Virus record (IMG/VR): IMGVR_UViG_3300031652_000001
From: a virus
Reading direction: 5' to 3' (one strand)
Length of the DNA: 64,000 bases
Shown here: positions 28,163 through 38,600 of the stretch, piece by piece
How the letters are laid out: each line of letters starts with the position of its first letter
Position numbering within the stretch: the stretch's first letter is position 1
The notes under the pieces: model-generated
Databases searched by the model: none
Told to the model about the DNA's origin: nothing
The model's input: only the letters and a program-made list of their open reading frames with translations
Position numbers and translations under genes: made by a program

Positions 28163-28582
28163 TCACCCTACGAGATTCCTGAAAACAACATTTGTTCCTC
28201 TTCTCAATGCAAGGAATACTTTGTTGTAATTATCACCAATTGAATCACCAACACTTATTGTGAGAATCTTTGACCCTTCTACTGGCCTTGCAACTTCTAC
28301 GTAAGCAATCTTTCCATCTTCAAACCCTGTCAAAGTGTTCGCAGAAATAGTCATATCTCCACCAGACAATGTCGATAAAAGGTGAAAGTCTTCTGTCCAT
28401 TCCAATGTATCAGCACCACTGTTCAAAGTTATTGTTCCACCACCTGTCAGGACTAAACATGGATTTTCTATTCCAATAAAAACATCAGCATCAATCCTGT
28501 TTATCATAGCCTTGAAAATAGAATACCAATTTGGTTGGTTTTCAGGTGGATACTCATATCCCATTTTGCTTGTTCTTGGCAT
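28163..28582 (-). CDS. Baseplate/fibre accessory protein (paralog A)
   Basis: Aligns end to end with 28596-29024. Confidence 0.55.
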   Translation of the reverse strand: MPRTSKMGYEYPPENQPNWYSIFKAMINRIDADVFIGIENPCLVLTGGGTITLNSGADTLEWTEDFHLLSTLSGGDMTISANTLTGFEDGKIAYVEVARPVEGSKILTISVGDSIGDNYNKVFLALRRGTNVVFRNLVG

Positions 28583-28595
28583 TTAACTATCTCCA

Positions 28596-29024
28596 CTATA
28601 AAACAACAACATTGTAAAAACTCGGATGCATAATCAATTCGTTTCCGAATCTTTTCGACACGAAACACCTATTTCTTATTGTTGATAAAGTGCTTTCTAC
28701 AAATAATGTAGATGTAAGCAAATCATCCATCGGTCTCGACATTTCAAGAAAAATAACAGAACCATCCTCTACTCCAGAAACAGAACCCGGATCTATCATC
28801 GTTCTAAAACCAGTTATTAAAGAATAAATCCCTATTTCCTCAGACCATGTAACCGTGTTCTGATTGAGAATCATTTCACCACCGTAAATAATGGTGTTTG
28901 TGAATTCAATTACAGAAAGAATATCAGAATCCATATCCGACATCATGTCCTTGAATAGTGAATACCATCCCTTCTGTTTTCCATCAGGATATGGCCACTT
29001 CAATCTTGTTGTTCGCTGCATCAA
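28596..29024 (-). CDS. Baseplate/fibre accessory protein (paralog B)
   Basis: RT....YP...Q..WYS.FK.M...D.D shared with paralog A. Confidence 0.55.
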   Translation of the reverse strand: MMQRTTRLKWPYPDGKQKGWYSLFKDMMSDMDSDILSVIEFTNTIIYGGEMILNQNTVTWSEEIGIYSLITGFRTMIDPGSVSGVEDGSVIFLEMSRPMDDLLTSTLFVESTLSTIRNRCFVSKRFGNELIMHPSFYNVVVL

Positions 29025-29031
29025 TTACACT

Positions 29032-31746
29032 CTATCCCATCTGAGTGATCGTCACATCCCATTTGGTTATCACTTCATACTGACTGATATACAAATTCCC
29101 ATCCTCATCAACAGAGGGTGGGGTGCCCGTGTTCAAGGTATCATCATAGGCAACTTCTGTAATCTCCGTGTTATGGGATTTCACCCCATCAACACCAGTG
29201 ACAACATCATAGTATTCACTCCTCTTTAGGGCCTCCCCATAGTCCCGACCTTTGAACATCTCATTGACTGCAAGAAGAACCTGATCTGAAACTGTCTGGA
29301 AGACAAACAGATCTTCTATCTCCAGCTCTATCGCCAGCTTTACCTTTACAAGGTAATATTCACCACCAACTACACTGTTCTGAACAGTAATAATTTTCCG
29401 TTCATCAAGATATGTCTTGAGATCTGTTTTAAGTGCTCTTGTAGGAGCTGTATAAAAACCATTCTCATCCAAGGTTAGACAAGAAATTCTGACAATATTT
29501 GCTTTACATGAACTTGAAATAACTTCGTCAAGATATTCTTCAAGCGCATCAAGATCATTCTGTATTTGAGCCGGTATAGATCTCGCCAGACTGGCTTGAG
29601 TCCTGGAGTTCAAAGTCAACGCTTCAATATTATCACAAAGCGTGTCTATGGCACTTACCAGCCCATTAGAGGTAGACACCTGAGAATCAATAGCCGTTCC
29701 ATATCCACTGAAGAGAGCTGTTTCAGTATCGGCAGAGTCTATTTCCGCATCAGCTGTATCCAAAACACCCTGAATACTCTCATTAATGTATTGATACATC
29801 GCAAGTATCGGAACACCATACTTCCCAGATACTCCCTCTGGTGGAGTAGTAGTGAAACTCAAAGATACAGAGCCACTGGTCCAATTCACACTTCCGACTA
29901 TACCTGTGGCAACAATATTTCCAGCACTGTCGCTATAGCCAGATGTCGAGCGAGCAAACACTTCAACAATTAAAGATGTGCCATATATCCTCGAACCGCT
30001 GTACTCTATTTGAGTACTTCCAAGATACTTTTGGATCTGCCTGAGTTGTCCACCTATCCTGATTAGTTTACCAACATCAGTAGATGTGAAACTGCTTGTC
30101 ATGGTCGCTGATAGGCGCCCTGGAGTTGTATCACAGTCCCCATCTGTAGCTGACTTTTCAACGGTCTGACTTCCAACAACGAAAGAAAAAGAACCTGGCT
30201 TGATCGGTTTCATCGCTAAGGTTTTTGAAAACAACATCGTTGTTCCATCACCATATCCGATGACTTCCTGATATGGCAAAAATTCAAGTTGTGTTTTCGC
30301 TAAATCCGTCTGAACTTTTGCCGCCGTATGATAGCCCTGAACTGACGACACCGAACCATCTATCAAAGCTGTCTGATTCGAAATTTCAGCGTTTGCAGAA
30401 ACGATCTGTGAAGTACTATTCCGAATTGTACCAGATGCCGAAGCCAACCCAGTTATAGCATCAATCGAAAACTGATCAGACGAGATCTGGTCAATGTATG
30501 TTTCAAGCTGAGTTTTATCAGCAAGAATATCAGTCAATAAAGACTGGAGCTCAAGATCATCAGCAACTCCTCTTATAATAAATGCATTTGCCTTCGCTAT
30601 CGCACCAGAAGAAGAACTGAAAACACTCGCCAAAGCGTTGTAATCGCCCTTTGTAACGAGACGATCTGCCGCAAGAAAAAAGCGAGGCGCATTCGCTTTT
30701 ATACTATCCACCGATTCACTATCAGAACCACCACGTGCTGGATCAGTATTCGTAACAGAAACAGGTATCTTCTGATAGTTCACAACAATAGGTGTCAAAC
30801 TCTGATTGATTGAACCAGAAATGGCAAGACCAGCCGCCTTTCCTTTCGTGGCTGTATATTGAACCCGTATCTCAGAACCATCAGGAGGAATTTTACCAAT
30901 CACTCCATCACCAAATCGAAGCTGGGGGGGACTCGTCAAATAATAAAGCTCATAGGCTTCCTCGGAACCGTATGGAAGAAAATCCTCTTCTCCCCACTCA
31001 ACAAGATCAACCGTCACAATAGTCTTGTCCTTTGCAACAAACTCACCTGATGGAACTCTTGAAAGATTGAAAGTTTGATTCGGATTTCCATCAGACGTAA
31101 AAACTTCTGTATACGTCTGACCTTGATATATCCCAACAATCTTCGACGTGTCTCCCGCCGGAATCGTCTGTTCTGACCCAAGCTCATATATTTGCCCATT
31201 CGGCCCCTGAAACTGATGATGTATATGAAGAGGGACATCAAAACTATATGGTCCCTCAGTCAAAGTTATCGCGGCATCCGTTGATGCCGCAACAGAAGGC
31301 TGAGGTTTATAACCAAGGTACCTAGCCAACCGAGCAACATTCGATGCAACCCTTGCAAGCTGCATGTAGTGATCATCTACCTCCCTGTCCAGATACCAGC
31401 TCATCGAATCAAGAGACGCACAGATGTATTCAGCTATCATCATAGCTGCATCACTAGACAAGAAATCATTGAAAGAGGTACCCCACCTCTCCTTTATGTA
31501 AGCAATCACCTCATCTAAAAAACTTTGATAATCCTTTGCAGAATACCTCGATTTTGTGAGAGTTATCTCATGCCTCATCGACTCCCTTATCGATGCCCCT
31601 GCCTCTATTTTTTCCCAGTTTGGATAAGAAACATCTGTAGTAGGCAAAGTCTGGATATAGACTCCGTCGAGACCGGTATCGTAATACCGATCCCATTGAG
31701 CTGGACTCGCTGGAGGTGCCGAATATTCAGGAACTGCCAAAATCAT
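29032..31746 (-). CDS. Baseplate wedge protein (T4 gp6 / baseplate J-like)
   Basis: YSAKDYQS, LARYLGYKP, FGDGVIGKIPP, GGSDSES...RLVTKGDY. Confidence 0.88.
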   Translation of the reverse strand: MILAVPEYSAPPASPAQWDRYYDTGLDGVYIQTLPTTDVSYPNWEKIEAGASIRESMRHEITLTKSRYSAKDYQSFLDEVIAYIKERWGTSFNDFLSSDAAMMIAEYICASLDSMSWYLDREVDDHYMQLARVASNVARLARYLGYKPQPSVAASTDAAITLTEGPYSFDVPLHIHHQFQGPNGQIYELGSEQTIPAGDTSKIVGIYQGQTYTEVFTSDGNPNQTFNLSRVPSGEFVAKDKTIVTVDLVEWGEEDFLPYGSEEAYELYYLTSPPQLRFGDGVIGKIPPDGSEIRVQYTATKGKAAGLAISGSINQSLTPIVVNYQKIPVSVTNTDPARGGSDSESVDSIKANAPRFFLAADRLVTKGDYNALASVFSSSSGAIAKANAFIIRGVADDLELQSLLTDILADKTQLETYIDQISSDQFSIDAITGLASASGTIRNSTSQIVSANAEISNQTALIDGSVSSVQGYHTAAKVQTDLAKTQLEFLPYQEVIGYGDGTTMLFSKTLAMKPIKPGSFSFVVGSQTVEKSATDGDCDTTPGRLSATMTSSFTSTDVGKLIRIGGQLRQIQKYLGSTQIEYSGSRIYGTSLIVEVFARSTSGYSDSAGNIVATGIVGSVNWTSGSVSLSFTTTPPEGVSGKYGVPILAMYQYINESIQGVLDTADAEIDSADTETALFSGYGTAIDSQVSTSNGLVSAIDTLCDNIEALTLNSRTQASLARSIPAQIQNDLDALEEYLDEVISSSCKANIVRISCLTLDENGFYTAPTRALKTDLKTYLDERKIITVQNSVVGGEYYLVKVKLAIELEIEDLFVFQTVSDQVLLAVNEMFKGRDYGEALKRSEYYDVVTGVDGVKSHNTEITEVAYDDTLNTGTPPSVDEDGNLYISQYEVITKWDVTITQMG

Positions 31747-31749
31747 CTT

Positions 31750-32121
31750 TTAACCCTCCGTCGGTACAGACACCGAAGTATCCTTTCTTACACCCAAATA
31801 AGAATATGCGACTTGAATGTCGACAGGATCATTATCGCTTTCAGCTTCTATGACGTCAACGTTTAGTACGTTTATGACCGGAAGGTGAGCATTCAAAGCA
31901 ATAGTAATTTCACGTCTCGCAAGAGCAACAAGTAATAATCCCTGATTCTCAAAAACAAGACGAATCACTTCACTTCCATGATTGGTGTTCATCTTCCGTT
32001 CACCAAGTGTCGTGAAAATAATGTCATCAATTGCCTGATTTATAACATCCTCATCATACTCAAACCGTGGAACACCGCTCTTCCATGGCCAAGAAACACC
32101 TACAAGACCGCTTATAGCCAT
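31750..32121 (-). CDS. Baseplate wedge / sheath initiator (gp25/GPW-like)
   Basis: INQAIDDIIFTTLGERKMN..HGS. Confidence 0.85.
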   Translation of the reverse strand: MAISGLVGVSWPWKSGVPRFEYDEDVINQAIDDIIFTTLGERKMNTNHGSEVIRLVFENQGLLLVALARREITIALNAHLPVINVLNVDVIEAESDNDPVDIQVAYSYLGVRKDTSVSVPTEG

Positions 32122-32130
32122 TCTATCCTC

Positions 32131-32634
32131 CTATAATACCAATGCCGGTGGTGGTGGACCAGCTGGTGGTGGTGGTGTCGAATACGTAACCAGTACCGTT
32201 TTTGTTGCCAAATCCAACTGTGTCGCTATCAACTGACCAATCTCTTCTTCGGTATTTCCAGTATTCGATAATGCCGCTCCCAACGGAGCAACTATCGCCA
32301 TTGCACCAGAAACAAGAGTAACAACACCGCTAGCTGGCCCAGCAGAAAACATAACAGGTGGCAACATCCAATATGCCTGGACAGCACTTCCGAATGCCGC
32401 AGCAACAATATTAGGATCACCAGCATCCGGAGATGATAATGTCGGTGCAATAGTGCTTTCAAAATTCATCTTCTCAACACCGGTAAAGATAGGCAATCCA
32501 GGAGCCGCAACAGCCCCCTTACAATACTTGTCATATTCCTTAGCAATCTTCAATGCTGCATCAGCACCACTACTCGGTTGGTCCCTGAAGACCTTTGCGA
32601 GCCCTGTCGCCAATGTAGCCATAACCAAAGGCAT
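32131..32634 (-). CDS. Spike-adjacent Ala/Pro-rich hypothetical protein (start MPLVMATL)
   Basis: GGGG SD; the upstream part of the track ORF is a shadow of the neighbouring repeat gene. Confidence 0.55.
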   Translation of the reverse strand: MPLVMATLATGLAKVFRDQPSSGADAALKIAKEYDKYCKGAVAAPGLPIFTGVEKMNFESTIAPTLSSPDAGDPNIVAAAFGSAVQAYWMLPPVMFSAGPASGVVTLVSGAMAIVAPLGAALSNTGNTEEEIGQLIATQLDLATKTVLVTYSTPPPPAGPPPPALVL

Positions 32635-32644
32635 AATATACCCC

Positions 32645-33022
32645 CTAACTATCCAAAGGGCACTCAGGCCCATCTGGGAACTCTGGTAGCACCGGGGTTG
32701 CCAGTGCAGAAGGCAAAGCAGGTATACCAGGTAATGAAATAGAAGGTGGAAACGTTGGTACAGAAGCCCCTTCAATATCAAAATAAGGTGCCTCTGGAAA
32801 CTCAGGTGGACTCGGCGCCATAGGTGTACTCGGTAAAGCCGGAACACTTGGTAGTGACACAGGAGGTGGAAAGGTCGGTGTAGATGCCCCTTCAACATCA
32901 AAAGATGGTGCCTCTGGGAATTCAGGTAGACTCGGATCTGCCGATGCACTCGGTAAAGCCGGAATACTTGGTAGTGACACAGGAGGTGGAAAACTAACGC
33001 CAGAACATTTTGAAGCCATCAC
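32645..33022 (-). CDS. Pro-rich protein built of about three 40-aa tandem repeats
   Basis: 120-bp DNA repeat (GGTGGAAA at 32745, 32865, 32985); Cys near each end. Confidence 0.6.
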   Translation of the reverse strand: MMASKCSGVSFPPPVSLPSIPALPSASADPSLPEFPEAPSFDVEGASTPTFPPPVSLPSVPALPSTPMAPSPPEFPEAPYFDIEGASVPTFPPSISLPGIPALPSALATPVLPEFPDGPECPLDS

Positions 33023-33954
33023 GGCACCTTCGCCTTATCAGTCAAAACATCCGTCTGGACAGGGTTTTGTAAAGGAGGTGGCATCAGTGGACCACTTGGT
33101 CCAACACCGGTCCCATGAATATGAGCAAGATAATGAGGAATGAAAGTCCCTATAAACCATTGATACCAAGCAGTCCCACGAACAACATGTTGCTGAGCAT
33201 TGTCGCCAATAATAACAGATCCAGTCTTTAGGTTTACAGCCTGACTGTTCACAATGACATCTTTGTTTCCGATTACTTGAACAACATCCTCTTTCATCTC
33301 AACAACATTACCTGTTGCATCAACAATTTTTGTTCCATTTTTATCCTGGATGATAGAGTTCCCTCTCGAATCAACAAGCATGTTCAGATCTGCATCATCC
33401 TCAGTTGCACGCATCTCAAAAACAGCCCCTTTATGATTCGAAACCTGAACAGAACCATCCTTATTGATGGTAAAGAATGTGAACTTATCATCAGCAGGAT
33501 GATGCCAAATGAACTTGCAATTCAAGTTATCCGGATCATCAGAAAAGCTCAGCTCATGACCTGCTTTTGTCCGAATCATCCGAACATATGGCACCCCATT
33601 AACATACACACCTGTTGGCGTATAATTATTCGTACCTTTCACGTTTGGCCATGATGCTCCGGTGTACATGGGATAAGAAGGTCTACCGTTTCTAAAAGTG
33701 ACACAAACAGGATCCCCAGCATCAGGAACCATAACCGTCCCACTATCCTTTCCTGACCACATAAACCTTGGCCAAGCCCAAGTACCTATTTCCTTGTTAC
33801 CGGCAACTGGTGGACACGTGAGCTTGATTCTACATTGTTCTTCAGGGTCTTTATTGTTCACACAAACCCCATCATACTCTCCATAGTAAAGACCAAACCA
33901 CTCCAAACCATACTTCATGAGGTTAGAAAAAAATCTCTGAAAAAGGCTATCCAT
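33019..33954 (-). CDS. Baseplate central spike (gp5/gpV/VgrG-type, no lysozyme domain)
   Basis: DPEEQCRIK OB-fold, VP..GD.V.V.F.NG.P, beta-helix, C-terminal HIH metal-binding motif. Confidence 0.85.
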   Translation of the reverse strand: MDSLFQRFFSNLMKYGLEWFGLYYGEYDGVCVNNKDPEEQCRIKLTCPPVAGNKEIGTWAWPRFMWSGKDSGTVMVPDAGDPVCVTFRNGRPSYPMYTGASWPNVKGTNNYTPTGVYVNGVPYVRMIRTKAGHELSFSDDPDNLNCKFIWHHPADDKFTFFTINKDGSVQVSNHKGAVFEMRATEDDADLNMLVDSRGNSIIQDKNGTKIVDATGNVVEMKEDVVQVIGNKDVIVNSQAVNLKTGSVIIGDNAQQHVVRGTAWYQWFIGTFIPHYLAHIHGTGVGPSGPLMPPPLQNPVQTDVLTDKAKVP

Positions 33955-33955
33955 A

Positions 33956-35320
33956 TCATTGTTCCTTTGGAATAACATTACTGTCTGTCAATGACGTAAT
34001 ATCCCCTTCAGAAGGTTCTTGTGATTTTTTTACATCAGACGCCATCGCATCAACCGAAGCATTTATAGCTGGAAAACCCCTTCCAAAACATTCACAATCC
34101 ATTTTTGCTTGACCAGAACCAATATCCAAAACAATCTGGTTTATCATGTAGACACTCGAAAAATAATCACCAACGCCAATGAGACGAACAAACATTCCAG
34201 GTAATAAATTTGGAATAGCAATAGCCGAAAAATTTGCTGTAATACCATGATCCTCAGCAGCAGCATTATTCACAGCTTCTATCTGACCTTTTATAAATGA
34301 CTCTGTTTCTTCACCATTCAAAGGCATCGTGAAATGCCTACTCGACTCCTCTATACTTGTATCAACAGCAACTGTAGCCTTGACCTTTACATCCCCCATA
34401 TCTTTCGGAATATTCCCATCAGTCGTTGGTGTTGATGCTGTCTTATCAGACGAAAAAGAATTTTCTGTAGAATCAGCATCAGAAACTCTCGAAACTTCAA
34501 CCGCCTCCTCAGGATCACTATTTGGACCATATGGAATACTCGTCGTGCCCTGAAAGTTCCTCAAAAACATTGCCCCCATTGACTGGCTCGAAAATGACTC
34601 CATAGGAAGCATATTATTCCAAATATCAATCTTTCCATAGATCTGAAAAGTAGCGTTCACATCAGGATATTCAGGTAGAGGTGCTGTAGAATCGATGATT
34701 ATCATTTTATTGTTCTGAATAATCATTCTGGCGCCACGCCGTTCAACTTCATACATCAAAAACTGAAGATCTGTTCTACCACCTTGAACAAATGAAGACT
34801 CCTCAGTCCCAAACATCTCTCGACCATGTTCACTTGTTACCGCGTATTCTACGTCGAACCCATACCTATCAGCAATCTCAACAATAATTGACAACAAGGT
34901 TCTTGGTGATTCCGTAGACGCCCAGTCTCTACATTTCGCAACCCTATCCATATTCCAAGCAAGAGTTGTCGCCTCGATTGAAACAGTTATTTCTTCTCCA
35001 TACGAAACATCAGGTTGTTGCATAAAACCATAGTTCCAGTCAGAAACCATTCCATCCATATCAGAATATCCCCATCGAACACCAACCGTATTCCCAAGTC
35101 TCAACCATTCATTATCCTTTGACGTCAACGCAATCGCATCTTTATATGGTGGAGTAAGAATAATACTCATGTTCATGTTGACATTCCGAACAAGAGTGAT
35201 TTTCAAACTCTTAAGAAAAGGAAGATTCGTGTTACCATCACCAAGTAGGGACAAAGACACTGTCCTACCCGTTTTTGGATTCGATATTTTCCCATCAATA
35301 AAGATGCTTCGAAAAGCCAC
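33956..35320 (-). CDS. Baseplate hub (gp27 / late control D-like)
   Basis: VRWGY, EIADRYG, Q..RTDLQFL, P.L.PG..V.L.GVG.YFS..Y. Confidence 0.75.
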   Translation of the reverse strand: MAFRSIFIDGKISNPKTGRTVSLSLLGDGNTNLPFLKSLKITLVRNVNMNMSIILTPPYKDAIALTSKDNEWLRLGNTVGVRWGYSDMDGMVSDWNYGFMQQPDVSYGEEITVSIEATTLAWNMDRVAKCRDWASTESPRTLLSIIVEIADRYGFDVEYAVTSEHGREMFGTEESSFVQGGRTDLQFLMYEVERRGARMIIQNNKMIIIDSTAPLPEYPDVNATFQIYGKIDIWNNMLPMESFSSQSMGAMFLRNFQGTTSIPYGPNSDPEEAVEVSRVSDADSTENSFSSDKTASTPTTDGNIPKDMGDVKVKATVAVDTSIEESSRHFTMPLNGEETESFIKGQIEAVNNAAAEDHGITANFSAIAIPNLLPGMFVRLIGVGDYFSSVYMINQIVLDIGSGQAKMDCECFGRGFPAINASVDAMASDVKKSQEPSEGDITSLTDSNVIPKEQ

Positions 35321-35622
35321 TAAAAAAGCTCCTTCCTTACCTGTGTCGGATCACTGATTATTAAAGTGGTCCCAACATGAACATCTTCTTCCATCTGTTT
35401 CATGTTGTTGCGATGAGCAATTACCCAATTCCTTCCATCCTGCTTATAGTATTTCTTGGCTATCGTATCCAATCTATCACCAACCTGAACACGATGTTCC
35501 TTATCTCCAGTACTTGGAGTCAAATCAGGAATATTCGGTCGTGTCCAAAACTCTATCCCGTCTATCATTACCAACTCAGCATGAATTAATCTCGAACTGC
35601 CTCTTTTTATTCTAACTGACAT
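35320..35622 (-). CDS. LysM / gp53-like baseplate wedge protein
   Basis: HRVQVGDRLDTIAKKYY...WVIAHRN. Confidence 0.8.
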   Translation of the reverse strand: MSVRIKRGSSRLIHAELVMIDGIEFWTRPNIPDLTPSTGDKEHRVQVGDRLDTIAKKYYKQDGRNWVIAHRNNMKQMEEDVHVGTTLIISDPTQVRKELF

Positions 35623-38600
35623 TTACATCCCCTTCGCACTCTTGCGATTATATCGTTCAACGCCCTCTCCAACTTTCCTTCCATCCATGACCGAAGTCAC
35701 ACGAACATCTATCGGACGCTTATTGCTATCTGCCATCGCAGAAGTAGCAGCCGCTACAGCAGTTGTGAGCTGAGCAATTTGCTTTCTGTTCTCCTCAAGG
35801 ATCTTACTGACCTCACCAGAAGACATCGCCATATCCGCTCTCTCCAGGTTACTTATCACGGAAGAAGCTTTTTTATTCTCTTCTTTTTTGCCACGTATTG
35901 TGTCCTCGATTTCATCTTTCCTTCGACGTTTCTTTTTCTTCTTCTTTTTATTTTCCTCTTCACCATCAATAACCTTAAAGTTTTTACGCCTCTCTTCAGC
36001 TGCCATATTAGACCTTGCCATCATGGCCTTATCAGCATTCCTTTGCGCCTCTTTTGCCCTCTCATCAGCATATTGATTCATCTGATCCAATGTGTCATTA
36101 AAGTCTTTGGCAATGACATCAGAACTGGTCTTCCTCTTCCTCTCTTCAACTGACTTCATGAACACATCGTGTTCTTTGTCGATTTGCTCCTGATCGCGAG
36201 CAATCTCTTTTCTCTTCTCATTGTATGAATCGCTGATTCTCTGCTGTCTTTTATCCTCATTTTTCCAATAGGCAGTGTTAAAATCTTTTTCATCACCAAG
36301 GTATTTGTCTTGTTCTTTACGCATTCCCTTGGCCATCATCTGCATACCTGAAACAGTATCTTCACCAAGGACTTTTTTGAGGGTATCCGTTATCAAACTA
36401 CTTTCGCCGGGTTTTCCAAATATCGTCTCAACAATATCCGCCATCCACCCTTTAAGTTTGAATGATAGCCACTCAAACGGATACATCAGCTTTCCGCTCA
36501 ACCCAGCAAACTGTTTATGAATAGCTTCAACCACAGAATAGAAAACACTTACAGCATCATTCTTAAACGTCTTGAAACCATGAACAGCACTAGCAATGAA
36601 CCCCTCAGCTCTTGCTGATATATTATCGTAAACGTTTTCAACAGTTCTACCAAAGAACTTGAAAAACTCGACAACATTATTGATGCCTGCCTCAAATGAC
36701 CCAACCATATGATGATAAAAACCAGTAACATCATCCTGTGATATGCCCAACGCACTGCCAATCATACTCGGCAAACCCATGAACATTCCATCTACCGTAT
36801 TTGTAACACCAAGGAATGACTCTTCGGTTTTTAACAAATACTTCTCTTCTTCGCTCAAGATATTCGACATAGAAATCTTGGCAATGTTCTCAGATCTCTC
36901 AGATAGCTGCTGTATCCCCTCAAACAGCCCACCCATTGCCATCATACCAGCAAAGCCACCAACGCCTTCGAGCATACTCTTGGCGCCACCTAAACCCCTT
37001 TTGATGCCGCCCTTGAGTTTTGCACCACCACGCTTTGCCTTACCACGTACTCGACCGAAGAAACCCTTGCGCTTACCGGCTTCAAGACCACCCTTTGGAA
37101 CAGCTCCAGCCGGTCCCATTACCATCTCAAGATCGTCCATGCCTTTCGGAATCATCACACCAGTAGAGAGCCCCCTCATCGCCCCCAACTGTTTCCTGTA
37201 AGCGTTCCCACCAGCTCTACCAAGCTTCGGTACAGGAGGAGGCTTAATACCCCTTCTGCCCCATCTGAAGTTCTCTGGAGGAGGCTGTGGAACCCTCGGA
37301 CTCATCTGACGATTCATCACATCTTTATCCGGCCCAAGACCAGGCATCATACAGGCCAGACCAGATCCGTAGACATCAGCAATACCACTTCCCGGTCCTT
37401 TTCCACCACGCTTAGGAAAACCCTTCTTCATAAATGACCACAAGCCACTACCCATTTTCCGTCTGAATTTCTTCGACAAAATCATGAGTGCAGCAAATCC
37501 ACCTGTAGACACCTTCAGAATATTCTCAAATGTATTTTTAAGAGAATCTGGGTCGAATATCGAGTCCCACAAACCCTTTGCTGAGCCTTTCGCAATTTCC
37601 CAAAGCACATTCATGGCACCAGTTACTGCACTGGACAAAATGCCCGTAGCAACATCACCAGCTTCCTTTTTACTATCCTCACCACCGAAGAATGCATTCC
37701 ATATTCCAGCACCAACAGCCTGCACCCCTTTACCAAACCATTCTACCGCTGTTCGAGCTATCTTCTCCCATGGTATCTCCTTAATCTTCTCACCAGCAAA
37801 ATCCGAGAAATCAGAGATCTTTTCCCACGCTTTATCCCACAGATCTTGCCACGGAACCTTCAAGATATTTTTCTTGAAGGTCTCAAATAGACCAATATTC
37901 TCAATATCATCATTCAAATCTGTGATGAATTTTCGAATACCGGCATTCTTCTTTCCGGTAAAAATCTTTGTCGTTGCAATCTCTACAAAAGAATCTTTCA
38001 TCTGGTCGAATTTATCAAAGACAGCATCAGGACCTTCAGTAAGCGTTTTAAACAATAAATACGCACCACCACCTACACCAGCAAGCTTACCAAGATCAGA
38101 AAAACGAACACCCATTGATCCAAGTGCTGTCAGCATCGGAAGAGCTTCAGTGGTTATTCCACCAATCATAGGACCAAGGGCTCCAAGGCTCGGAAGAAAA
38201 GCTGAAAACCCAACACGCTGGACAGCCAACAATTTTCTCGTCAGCTCACCGAGTGGTCCCTTGTCGTCAGCAAAAGCTTTCACAGTAGCAAAAGAATCTT
38301 TAAAACCACTTCTCATATTCTTTTGCCAATTTCGGATCTCTTTATTGCTCAACTTGAAGACTTTCGCCTTCATATTGTTTACCATCATCTCCCAAGCATC
38401 ACCGGCCGTTAAACTCGATTTCCAATGCTCTTTTGCAATATCACGCATCGTACCGCGTGACCCTTCAAGGACCTGAGGTATCCTCGCCATTGTCTCAGAT
38501 ACTTGATCCCAGTTCCCCTGGACGGCAAACGATACATCAGGACCAAGAGTATTGTTGATGACCGCATTTAATCGCTGGAATGCAATGCCGGTTTGCCCCC

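Noticed and set aside
32635-32949. N-terminal extension of track ORF 32131-32949
   Set aside because: Alternative-frame read of the Pro-rich repeat gene; a better SD and ATG exist at 32634
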